Shown piece after piece: positions 55,614 to 64,000 of a DNA stretch of 64,000 bases. Position 1 is the stretch's first letter. Each line of letters starts with the position of its first letter. This DNA is from an uncultured Clostridia bacterium. GTDB taxonomy: Bacteria > Bacillota > Clostridia > TANB77 > CAG-508. The notes beneath the pieces were generated by a model, which was not told where the DNA came from, searched no databases, and worked only from the letters and a program-made list of their open reading frames with translations. The stretch is taken from contig CAKPBB010000001.1 of assembly GCA_934140005.1 (NCBI GenBank), positions 6,797 to 70,796 of the forward strand, in the 5' to 3' direction. The position numbers and the translations under genes are program-made.

Positions 55614-57372
55614 TTGAAAAAATTTCTTTTTAATTTTTTTGTTTATTTAATATGTCTTTTTATATTTTTTAATTTACAATACTCATATTTTTATGAAATT
55701 TATATGGCTGAACATCTAATTTTTCCTTATGCTATTCACCCGTTTGACATTTGCGAACTATACCCTCAAACTTGGATTTTTATTAAAAAATCTTACTGTA
55801 TATTATTTGTACTAGCATATTCAATTATACATTTCAACATTGTATATCGCATATCAAGTTTCATAAAATCACAAAATCTCGACTTTTCCAAAATTTTTAA
55901 ATTTAGCCCAAAATTCAAACTTCAAAAATCTAAACATAAAAAGGCAATTTCTAATGAAAAAGAAAATGATACATTATCTTTAAAAATTGGACTCTCTGCC
56001 AACAATGAACCCATTTTCGTTTTAGAAAAGGGGTTATTCCAAAATATTTTAATTACAGGAACTATTGGAAGTGGAAAAACATCTTCTGCAATGTATCCTT
56101 TTACTAAACAGCTAATTACTTACAAAGCAAATAGTCCAAATGAAAAACTAGGTATGCTAATACTAGATGTAAAACGGAAACTATGCAAAAGAAGTACAAA
56201 AATATGCAATAGCATGTGGTAGAGAAAAAGATTTAACATTTATAAATCTTTCTGGAAAAGTAAAATACAATCCATTAGATACTCCTGAACTAAAAGCTAG
56301 TGTTGTTGCAAATCGTTTAAAAACTGTTTTAACTTTGTTTAGTAAAAATAATGGTGAAGATTATTGGTTAGATAAAGCTGAACAAATTTTAACAGAATCC
56401 ATTAAATTATGCAGATTATACAACGATAACTATGTTACTTTTACAGAAATTCACAAAATAGTAATGTTTCCAGAGTATTTTGAAGAAAAAATTATATATT
56501 TAAAGACTATGTTTAAAGAATCTAAATTTAATCAAGAGCAAGTATATGATTTAATATCTTGTATTGATTTTTTCCAAAAAGAATTTTTTTCACTAGACCA
56601 AAGAACAATTTCAATATTGCGTTCAGAAATAAGTAGAATCACCAATGTTTTTATTTCTGATTATCAAATTTCTAATGTTTTTTGCCCTCAAAAATCTGAA
56701 ATAAATTTTAAAGACTTTAAAGAATGTTTACAACTAGGTAAAATTGTCGTTTTGCAAATGAATATTTCAGAATATAGAAATTTATCAAAGATAATTGCAA
56801 CATATCTAAAATTAAGTTTTCAAACAGATGTAATGTTACAACTATCGCATAATCAATCTGCTAGGCCATCAGCTTTTATTAGTGATGAATATCATGAATA
56901 TATAACTGAAAATGATGCTGAATTTTTCTCTGAATGTAGAGAAGCAAAATGTATAAATATTGTTGCTACTCAAAGCTATACATCTCTTTTAAACAGTTTA
57001 AAAAATGAATCTAGTGTTAAAGTGATTTTACAAAATTTAATAAATAAACTATGGTTTCGTACCGATGATATTTTCACAATTGAAGAAGCTCAAAAGCAAA
57101 TCGGAAAATTTGATAAAGAAAGAACTTCTGTTACTATTTCAGAAAATGCAAAAACAACAGATTTTAATATTTTTACAAATAGCTTAATTTCTAGAGATTC
57201 AAATATTTCTGAAAGCTATAATACCTATTTACAAAATGATTTTAAATATGATACCAACTATTTTTCACAAAATTTAAAAACCTTTGAGTGTTTAGCATTT
57301 TTATCTAATGGTTACTCTATTTTAGAACCTCAAAAAATACAAATGCTACCTCACTTCAAAGAAAACAACTAA
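55614..57372 (+). pseudogene. T4CP-like (TraD/TrwB/VirD4-superfamily) ATPase, frame broken by one extra C at 56175
   Basis: Track ORFs 55614..56222 and 56335..57372 join if C56175 is skipped, giving ...GMLILDVK-GNYAKEVQKYAIACGREKDLTFINLSGKVKYNPLD.... N-terminal TM segments. Walker A is ITGTIGSGKTSS and Walker B-like is AFISDEYHEY. Confidence 0.7.
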
Positions 57373-57384
57373 GGAGGTTTCTTA

Positions 57385-57714
57385 ATGAAAACTAAAAATA
57401 TTTTTTATTTGTACATTTTGTTATTTTTGCTTTTTACACTTTTCTTTTTCAGCAATATTTCTTTTGCTGGTGATCCAAAGTTAGTTAGCACCTTAAACAA
57501 TGCATTTGAGAAAATTGAAAACTATATCTTAAAATTATCGACACCAGCTGCAGCTGTTGCAGTTGGAAGTGGAGTTTTAATGAAAAAATTTAGTTTTGGT
57601 GATGAGGAAAAAATTAGAACTTCAAAAAAATTGATTCGTAGTGCTTTATTTTCTTATGGTTTCATTCTTTGCATTGATTTAGTGCTTTCTTTAATAAAAA
57701 CATTATTAACCTAA
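57385..57714 (+). CDS. small T4SS-associated membrane protein (VirB2/TrbC-pilin-like topology)
   Basis: 109 aa with a signal peptide (…NISFAGD) and two hydrophobic segments. Strong RBS (AAGGAGG). Sits immediately upstream of a VirB6-like gene. Confidence 0.4.
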   Translation: MKTKNIFYLYILLFLLFTLFFFSNISFAGDPKLVSTLNNAFEKIENYILKLSTPAAAVAVGSGVLMKKFSFGDEEKIRTSKKLIRSALFSYGFILCIDLVLSLIKTLLT

Positions 57715-57778
57715 TTTATATAACTAAAATTTTTACAGAAAGGAATCAATCTAATTTATTAGATAATATGCTTATTAA

Positions 57779-58651
57779 ATGGAACTAACAAGTGAAAATT
57801 TATCAGAGTTGATATTTCAAATTATCAACAACATTTTATTAAAATTTTTTACATCAATTGATAAGACTATTTACAATTTGCTTGATAATATTTGTTTTAT
57901 CAATACATCAATTTTAGAACAAACTCACTTAAAAAATATTATTGGTGAAAATTCAACAAGTGGTGTTATTCTTATATGTAATGCTCTTGTTTTAGGCTTT
58001 TTTATATTTTATGGCATTCAATATCTTACTTCACATTTAATTTACCAAAGAGTACAAAATCCTGTACAGTTTGTATTTAAAGCTATATTTTTTATAGGTC
58101 TTATGAACTCATCATTATGGTTTTGTAAAGAAATAATTTATATTGTTTCTTTAGTAAGTCAAAGTATAAATTCTTTGTGCCAAGAGCTCTTTGGAATAAA
58201 TATTAGCTTTTCAGAATTTATAAAACACTTAAATATTATTCTATATTCTGAAACTACTACTTTTGATTTATTTTCTTTTGATGGAATTGTTAAATCATTT
58301 TCATCTGTTGGAATGTTATCCCTAATTTTCACATATTCACTAAGATATTTACTAATTCAAATATTTAGTATCTTATGCCCATTTGCTTTTTTGAGTTTGC
58401 TTTCCGAAAATACAAGTCATTTCTTCAAAGCATGGTTTAAAAGTTTTATGTCTCTGCTTTTAGTTCAGGTTCTATTATCAATAATTCTTCTTTTAGCATT
58501 TTCGTTAATTGATATTAGTGATATTGAACTTCAAAAATTGCTTTACATAGCTTCAATCTATGCTATAACAAAATGTAATTATTTTATGAGAGAGCTTATT
58601 GGCGGAGTTTCTTATGAAATAAGAAGTAATATTCCATTCTTCAAACAATAG
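57779..58651 (+). CDS. VirB6/TrbL-like polytopic membrane protein
   Basis: 290 aa with at least 6 TM segments. Position and size match VirB6-like genes of Firmicute conjugative elements. No obvious RBS. Confidence 0.45.
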   Translation: MELTSENLSELIFQIINNILLKFFTSIDKTIYNLLDNICFINTSILEQTHLKNIIGENSTSGVILICNALVLGFFIFYGIQYLTSHLIYQRVQNPVQFVFKAIFFIGLMNSSLWFCKEIIYIVSLVSQSINSLCQELFGINISFSEFIKHLNIILYSETTTFDLFSFDGIVKSFSSVGMLSLIFTYSLRYLLIQIFSILCPFAFLSLLSENTSHFFKAWFKSFMSLLLVQVLLSIILLLAFSLIDISDIELQKLLYIASIYAITKCNYFMRELIGGVSYEIRSNIPFFKQ

Positions 58652-58661
58652 GAGGTATTTA

Positions 58662-58985
58662 ATGAAATTTATTTTCCCAAAAAATTATAATTTCAAACCA
58701 AAATTGCTTGGTTTCTTAGACTATTCAACTGCCATAGTTAATGGTGTTTGCGCATTATTACTATATTTATTAAGTAGTATTATCTGTACTAGCTTAAGCT
58801 CAAAAATCAGTCTATTTGTTGCTTTATATTTTCCAATATTTTTATTTAGTATTCTCAGTTTCCAGCAAGAAAATATATTAAGTGTATTAACATATACATT
58901 TTTATATGTTAAAAGTCAAAAAATATATTTATATAAAAAAGAAGCGCTATGTTTTGAGCCAAAAGAAAAAACTAGTAAACACTAG
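58662..58985 (+). CDS. TcpE/PrgI-like (VirB3-like) small membrane protein
   Basis: 107 aa with N-terminal FPKNYNFKPKLLGFLDY followed by two TM segments. Strong RBS (TAGGAGG). This family normally precedes a VirB4 ATPase gene, which is missing here. Confidence 0.45.
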   Translation: MKFIFPKNYNFKPKLLGFLDYSTAIVNGVCALLLYLLSSIICTSLSSKISLFVALYFPIFLFSILSFQQENILSVLTYTFLYVKSQKIYLYKKEALCFEPKEKTSKH

Positions 58986-58992
58986 TCTTCTT

Positions 58993-59556
58993 TTATATAT
59001 GAAATTTCTTTTGGACTTCTATTTTAATAGCTTTGCCACTTAAGGCAAGTACTAAAATTAAATTTAAAAATGCACAAAATAATGAAATAATATTTAAAAC
59101 AATTTTTTCTTTAAAAATACATATTATTATAAAATTCAATAGTACACTTATAAACAAAATAAATATTTCGTAAATTGCATATTTTACATACTTCTTGTAT
59201 TTTACTAAAGTCAATATGCACATTATTAAGTTTGAAACAATAGTTACTATTGGAAATCCAATTATAAATGACCATTTTTTAAAACCAAATACAAAATCAA
59301 TAAAAAATAGTAATATTAGAATTTGTATAGTTTGCAGTGCTACACTTGATGCTAGATTTATTCCTTTTCTTAAAGAGAATATAACCGTATTCCATATATA
59401 TATAATTCCTAATATTGCAATTATTGACCAATTTAATTTTTCTTGTAATGAATAATTTATAAGTATAAGAGTTGCTGAAATAAATACAGTAACAATTATA
59501 CTTATATTCATTACAGCTTTGCTATTTTTTATATTTTTTATTTTTGGATATAACAT
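58993..59556 (-). CDS. polytopic membrane protein (last gene of the acyltransferase operon)
   Basis: 187 aa with 5-6 TM segments. Starts 3 nt after the upstream stop. Confidence 0.5.
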   Translation of the reverse strand: MLYPKIKNIKNSKAVMNISIIVTVFISATLILINYSLQEKLNWSIIAILGIIYIWNTVIFSLRKGINLASSVALQTIQILILLFFIDFVFGFKKWSFIIGFPIVTIVSNLIMCILTLVKYKKYVKYAIYEIFILFISVLLNFIIICIFKEKIVLNIISLFCAFLNLILVLALSGKAIKIEVQKKFHI

Positions 59557-59559
59557 CTA

Positions 59560-60825
59560 TTACACCCCATTTCCTTCTATTTCTACATCTATTCCATTTG
59601 ATTGCAAAAACTTCATAAATGTATTTTCAACATTTCTACTTTCTAGAACAGAAGCAACCGAAAAAATTATAGTATTATCTACACAACATGCTGTACATTT
59701 TATTTTTTCTACTGTTTCTGGTGCAATTAAAAAATATACTTTATCTATAAATGGCTTATATTCAGCTATAAATCCTATTCTTCCTATACTTGATAATGTT
59801 GTAGTGTTGTATTTTCTTCTTTCTTTATATGCAATTTGCACTACCTTTTTCTTTATAAATAATGGTACTATTCTCAAAAATGGATTTGTTCCAAGTTTTA
59901 CATTAGTTGCTATTGTTTTTAATAATTCTTCCTCTTGCAATTTTAATTTAAACTGCTCTATTACTGCTTTTAAAATATTATCAAAACTTTTTTCTTTATC
60001 TGCATATACATTTACATCTATATATGAAAAGAAATTTGATATTGTTTTTGATGGAAAATACTTTTTCAAATTTACTGGAACACTTATCTTTATTGGTCTA
60101 TTCTTTTTATTTCCTTTTAGTTGCTCTTGATATATTGAATATATAAGTGTTGCTGTTAAATATTGAGTAATAGTAGCTCCTTTTGCTTTAGCTTGTTCTT
60201 TTAATTGAGTAGCATTTATGTATTCATGTGTTGCTGCCACTACTCCTGGCACTAGATTTCTGCCAGTAAGAACATACGCTTTTTTGCCTTTTCCTTCACC
60301 TTTAAGTTTCTTATTAAAATTTTGAGCATAGCTATCAACAGAATCGTAATTTACTTTTCTTTCGCCTTCTTCTGAAATATTTTTACTATTAAAATGCACT
60401 ATTTCAATATAATTGTAAGTTATTTCTTTCAAAAAATGTAATGCACTATTACCATCTGTAAGACAATGAAATATATCTAAATTTATTTTACAATCAAAAT
60501 ATGTTATCTTAAATAAATAATCATTATTAGCTGGCAAATCAATATATTTACAAGGATAATCGTGTTCTTCTTCGATTACAACACTTTTTGGATTACTTTC
60601 AAAATAATACCAAAATATTCCTTGTCTCATTCTAACCTTAAAAAGCTTGAATTTTTTAAGGCTTATTTTTACTGCCTTTTCTAGGATTTTAGGGTCTATT
60701 TTTTCCTTTAATGTAATTGATATTCTAAATACAGAACTATATTTTTTGGTAGAAGCTAGTGGAAAAAGTTTTGCATAATTATCTAGCCTTCTCCAAGATA
60801 AATCTTCTTTCCTTCTAATCCTCAT
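59560..60825 (-). CDS. condensation-domain-like / alcohol acetyltransferase-like acyltransferase
   Basis: 421 aa with the HxxxDG active-site motif (FHCLTDGNSALHF) at the position expected for the CAT/condensation/WS-DGAT fold. Confidence 0.6.
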   Translation of the reverse strand: MRIRRKEDLSWRRLDNYAKLFPLASTKKYSSVFRISITLKEKIDPKILEKAVKISLKKFKLFKVRMRQGIFWYYFESNPKSVVIEEEHDYPCKYIDLPANNDYLFKITYFDCKINLDIFHCLTDGNSALHFLKEITYNYIEIVHFNSKNISEEGERKVNYDSVDSYAQNFNKKLKGEGKGKKAYVLTGRNLVPGVVAATHEYINATQLKEQAKAKGATITQYLTATLIYSIYQEQLKGNKKNRPIKISVPVNLKKYFPSKTISNFFSYIDVNVYADKEKSFDNILKAVIEQFKLKLQEEELLKTIATNVKLGTNPFLRIVPLFIKKKVVQIAYKERRKYNTTTLSSIGRIGFIAEYKPFIDKVYFLIAPETVEKIKCTACCVDNTIIFSVASVLESRNVENTFMKFLQSNGIDVEIEGNGV

Positions 60826-61777
60826 TTTTCTTTACTTCCTTTACTAATTTAACAATATCTTGATAAGTTTCTTCAGAAGCATATTGCTTTTTTTCTCTAT
60901 ATGTCATCCATATATGAATAGCCTTTTCTGTTTCTCTAAAATCTATATGCACATTTTCTTTTTCAGCTCGTTCTAAAAATGTATGTGCATCTGGATTTAG
61001 TATATCATAAGTTCCAATATACAAAGTAACATTTTTCAAATTCTTTATAGGTCCTACTATTGGATTTACTAAATAGTTATCCATACCTTCTTTTCCTGCA
61101 TAAGTAACTCCTGCAACTTTAAGTACATCTTTTATCAGCCTTGGATCTTTTTGTTGTAATTCCTTTGTTATTTTAGGATTACTTAAAGTTACATCTAACC
61201 AAGGTGACAATAAAATTGTTTTATCTGGCTGTCTTACATCCATATTTGATATTTTTTCAGCAAGAGCCAATGCCATACCACCACCAGCAGAGTCTCCCAT
61301 AAGTATAAGTTTTCGATTATCTATTTTTTTAGTTATATCCATATATAAAGGTTCAATCATTTCAAATACTTCTTTATATGTGTATTTAGGTGTAAGTGGA
61401 TAATCTGGAAGTATTAAAGTCATTCCCGTATCTGCAACTAAGTCCTCTAAAAATTTCCAATGCTTATATGTTGCTTCAATAACATAAGAGCCTCCATGTA
61501 AATATAAAATTACATCTCCTATTTCTGATTTATTTTTGGGATTCAAAATAAATACTTTTCTGCCATGATACTGCATTTCCACAACACTATGTCTTTCTTT
61601 TACTGTTTTTGGAGCAATAGCCTGAATATCTATAATGAAAAACAAGCTAATTATTACAAAAGCAGTTAGAAATAGCCAAAGTAAATAACTTTTTAAAATC
61701 TCTAAATTTATAAAAAATAATATTGGTATCATTGCTAGCAAAACAATACCTATTAAAATTACATATCTTTTTTTCAT
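60815..61777 (-). CDS. alpha/beta hydrolase, esterase/lipase (HSL-like) with N-terminal TM anchor
   Basis: 320 aa with the oxyanion motif LHGGSY and nucleophile elbow GDSAGG. Overlaps the next gene by 11 nt. Confidence 0.78.
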   Translation of the reverse strand: MKKRYVILIGIVLLAMIPILFFINLEILKSYLLWLFLTAFVIISLFFIIDIQAIAPKTVKERHSVVEMQYHGRKVFILNPKNKSEIGDVILYLHGGSYVIEATYKHWKFLEDLVADTGMTLILPDYPLTPKYTYKEVFEMIEPLYMDITKKIDNRKLILMGDSAGGGMALALAEKISNMDVRQPDKTILLSPWLDVTLSNPKITKELQQKDPRLIKDVLKVAGVTYAGKEGMDNYLVNPIVGPIKNLKNVTLYIGTYDILNPDAHTFLERAEKENVHIDFRETEKAIHIWMTYREKKQYASEETYQDIVKLVKEVKKNED

Positions 61778-61854
61778 TTCAACCTCTATTATTGATATTT
61801 TAAATTACACTTATTATATCAAAATATATTTAAATATCAACAGTAAGATTCAAT

Positions 61855-62475
61855 CTATTCTTTCTTTTTTAAAGCTTCATTTAGTTCTTTTGATATTCTA
61901 GAATTTATTTTATAGTTTACTATATATATTATAAAAAATAAAATCGTATATATTATATAAAAATACTTTGACATATAATATATATACATTGTTGCTAAAT
62001 CCCAAAATCTACCAGTATATGAATACATATAAAGTGGTGGAAAAACAATTATAATACTAATATATCCAATTAGAAATTTAGTAAAATTGCTCATCCTTTT
62101 ATTTGTAATTACTATATAAGCAATAGTAAGAAGTATTCCAAAAAAAATTGAAAAAGAAATATTTTTATATATAATTGTTTTTATGTATAAAAACATTATT
62201 TGCCAAATAGCTAACCCTAAAACATTATATTTTTCCAGTTCTGTCCCTACAATATCATCTTTAACACTATCTATATACTCATCTGTATTCGTACCTAAAT
62301 CATCAAAAATATTTTCATCTATTTCAGATATTGACTTTCCCTTTTCTATATAGTCGAATTGCATTTCATCATACCATAACAATAAATCTTTTACTGTTAG
62401 TATTAAATATGTTAACATTATTGAAGCAATTAAAATTACTAATATTTTTAAAACACTCTTAATATATTCTTTCAT
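61855..62475 (-). CDS. membrane protein partnered with the LytTR regulator
   Basis: 206 aa, polytopic, with a 4-nt start/stop overlap with the LytTR gene. Confidence 0.5.
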   Translation of the reverse strand: MKEYIKSVLKILVILIASIMLTYLILTVKDLLLWYDEMQFDYIEKGKSISEIDENIFDDLGTNTDEYIDSVKDDIVGTELEKYNVLGLAIWQIMFLYIKTIIYKNISFSIFFGILLTIAYIVITNKRMSNFTKFLIGYISIIIVFPPLYMYSYTGRFWDLATMYIYYMSKYFYIIYTILFFIIYIVNYKINSRISKELNEALKKKE

Positions 62476-62936
62476 ATTATTTTGCTCCTTTCTCTTAACA
62501 ATTTCATTATTTGTGAAACATTTCTTTTTGAAACAATTTCTTGTGTATTATCATTTAATTTTACTACTAGTGTTCCTAGTGTATTTGTATCAAAACATTT
62601 TACTTGATTTATATTTATAATACAAGATTTTGATATTCTAATAAAATCTTTACTATTAAATACCTCTTCAATTTCATATAATTTATATTTTAGTCTATAT
62701 ATTCCATCTTTAGTTCTAATATAATTGTATTTATCCTGACTAAAAAAACATATAATATCTTCAATTTTTATAAAATATATCTCATTATTTTTATTAGCCA
62801 TTATCTTACTTGGTACTTTACTATTAGATGCATACTCTATAATTCCTTGAATTTCTTCCGTTAATACTGGTGCTGTAATTGTTAAAGTTGTTTCTTTAAA
62901 TTCTTTCGAAATATTAGTAAATATTTTTATCCCCAT
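62472..62936 (-). CDS. LytTR-family DNA-binding protein (no receiver domain)
   Basis: 154 aa following the LytTR pattern (IYFIKIEDIICFFSQDKYNYIRTKDG...FIRISKSCIININQV). Confidence 0.72.
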   Translation of the reverse strand: MGIKIFTNISKEFKETTLTITAPVLTEEIQGIIEYASNSKVPSKIMANKNNEIYFIKIEDIICFFSQDKYNYIRTKDGIYRLKYKLYEIEEVFNSKDFIRISKSCIININQVKCFDTNTLGTLVVKLNDNTQEIVSKRNVSQIMKLLRERSKII

Positions 62937-63245
62937 CTTTTCACCTCTTTAGATATTATTAAAATAGGACATTCTATCATTCAGAATGTCCCATTTCTCT
63001 GTTGTGATTACAGTTATTTCAAATATTGTTTTCATTATAGTATTTTTTGAAAAAAAAAGCAAAATTTTTTCTCTTTTTTGGATAAACGTTACTATTTTTC
63101 GGATAATAGAATAATATTTATAGATATAACACATATATATAGTATTAACTTTTATCGCAAAAATATTGTCACACATCTTCTTTTTTATATATTATATTTC
63201 CAAAAATATCACAAAATGTTATAATATAAAAAAGGAGGGATTCAT

Positions 63246-63440
63246 ATGAATAAACTAAATAAAATTTTTTTAGCGATAATTATTATTTTAGTAATTTTAT
63301 TAGGAATTATGACAGCAATGTATCTTAATATGAGAAAAGCTGCAAAGAAGAGCTTAGATGAGGTATTAAAAATATCAGAAGAAAAATACGAATTAAATAA
63401 TCAACTTAATGATTTGAGAGAGCAATTTAATATCGAATAA
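63246..63440 (+). CDS. small single-pass membrane protein
   Basis: 64 aa with a strong RBS (AAAGGAGGG), an N-terminal TM segment and a charged helix. Confidence 0.4.
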   Translation: MNKLNKIFLAIIIILVILLGIMTAMYLNMRKAAKKSLDEVLKISEEKYELNNQLNDLREQFNIE

Positions 63441-63442
63441 TT

Positions 63443-63479
63443 AAAAAAGCTAATAACAAAATTTGTTATTAGTTTTTTT
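63443..63479. terminator. bidirectional terminator
   Basis: AAAAAAGCTAATAACAA/TTGTTATTAGTTTTTTT. Confidence 0.65.
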
Positions 63480-63497
63480 ATAAAATTTTGATAAACG

Positions 63498-64000
63498 TTA
63501 ATATAAATCATTTTCTTTTATATATATTAAACTTTTTTCTTCTAATTTTTTAAAATCACAACTTAATTCTTTGTAAAATTTTGACATTCTACTATCAATA
63601 TTCTTTTTGGTTACAACCCTATAAAGATTATTTGCCTTCTCTACAATTTTTAGTTTATTTTCTGTTTTGTTTATATAAGAATATTGTTCAGAAAGTAATC
63701 TTCTATATCCATAACTTTTATTACTCGTATCTAAAATATAAAGACTTTCTTTAGGTACTGGAATCATATCTGTAAACCTAATTATTCCTAAATTACTTTT
63801 AGTTTTAGAATTATAAATTCTAAAAAAAGTCAAATTATCTTTATACAATTTATGTTTAGCTTTAGGAGAAAATAGAGGTGCGAAATATCTATGATTTTCC
63901 ACTGTAATTATAACTCCTATATATGGTCTTTTTTCTTTTTTATTAAAAGCAATATGGCTATCAAACTGACTTAAATACTCAATATAATTATCTGCAATAA
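63498..64000 (-). CDS. toxN: ToxN/AbiQ-family type III toxin endoribonuclease, 5' end beyond window
   Basis: The frame stays open upstream of the track ORF to the window edge: IADNYIEYLSQFDSHIAFNKKEKRPYIGVIITVENHRYFAPLFSPKAKHK...LGIIRFTDMIPV...YRRLLSEQYSYI...CDFKKLEEK. This parallels ToxN (…YIEYLKEFD…YLAPLTSPK…). Confidence 0.8.
   Translation of the reverse strand, partial: IADNYIEYLSQFDSHIAFNKKEKRPYIGVIITVENHRYFAPLFSPKAKHKLYKDNLTFFRIYNSKTKSNLGIIRFTDMIPVPKESLYILDTSNKSYGYRRLLSEQYSYINKTENKLKIVEKANNLYRVVTKKNIDSRMSKFYKELSCDFKKLEEKSLIYIKENDLY

Noticed and set aside
62949-63176. 75-aa minus-strand ORF upstream of the LytTR gene. Also 6452..6673 and 55093..55362.
   Set aside because: They have no RBS and lie in promoter or leader regions or antisense to a real gene. 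Their translations show no features.
1-64000. Search for CRISPR arrays, rRNA genes, IS elements, transposases and integrases.
   Set aside because: No regularly spaced direct repeats, no rRNA-like conserved blocks, and no DDE or tyrosine/serine recombinase motifs were seen in any frame. The only tandem-like repeat is the tRNA-Arg 57-mer pair.

Overview
This is a very AT-rich chromosomal segment from a low-GC Firmicute. It looks like an endospore-forming, Clostridia-like organism, given a YpeB germination protein, a Spo0A-C-like protein and AGGAGG-type RBSs. The housekeeping backbone is: htrA-like protease, tex, a YbiT-type ABC-F ATPase, pcrA, prfA, an SbcD/SbcC-like pair, yqeK, ddl, a MurF-type ligase, ypeB, a UgtP-like glycosyltransferase, recR-ybaB-dnaX with a short SRP RNA, tadA and tRNA-Arg(CCU).

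Accessory or unusual content:
1. A single-module C-A-T-R NRPS is apparently co-transcribed with two tandem paralogous histidine kinases and a REC+HD-GYP regulator.
2. An intact orphan VirD4-type coupling protein sits in a three-gene operon with a consensus promoter.
3. About 20 kb away there is a truncated Gram-positive T4SS module (T4CP-like, small pilin-like, VirB6-like and TcpE/PrgI-like genes, no VirB4 or relaxase) next to tRNA-Arg. The 3' end of that tRNA plus its trailer is duplicated.
4. Two unrelated genes (an ECF sigma factor and the T4CP-like gene) are each broken by one extra C, creating an in-frame CGG codon in the same AAR-CGG-A context.
5. The MurF-type ligase has a polytopic membrane domain in place of its N-terminal domain.
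6. Toxin or defence-type genes are present: HipA-like, a ToxN/AbiQ cut by the window end, and a HEPN-like ORF cut by the window start.
7. Three short patches have visibly higher G+C.

No CRISPR array, rRNA, transposase or integrase was seen. All calls come from reading motifs by eye, and no database search was run.
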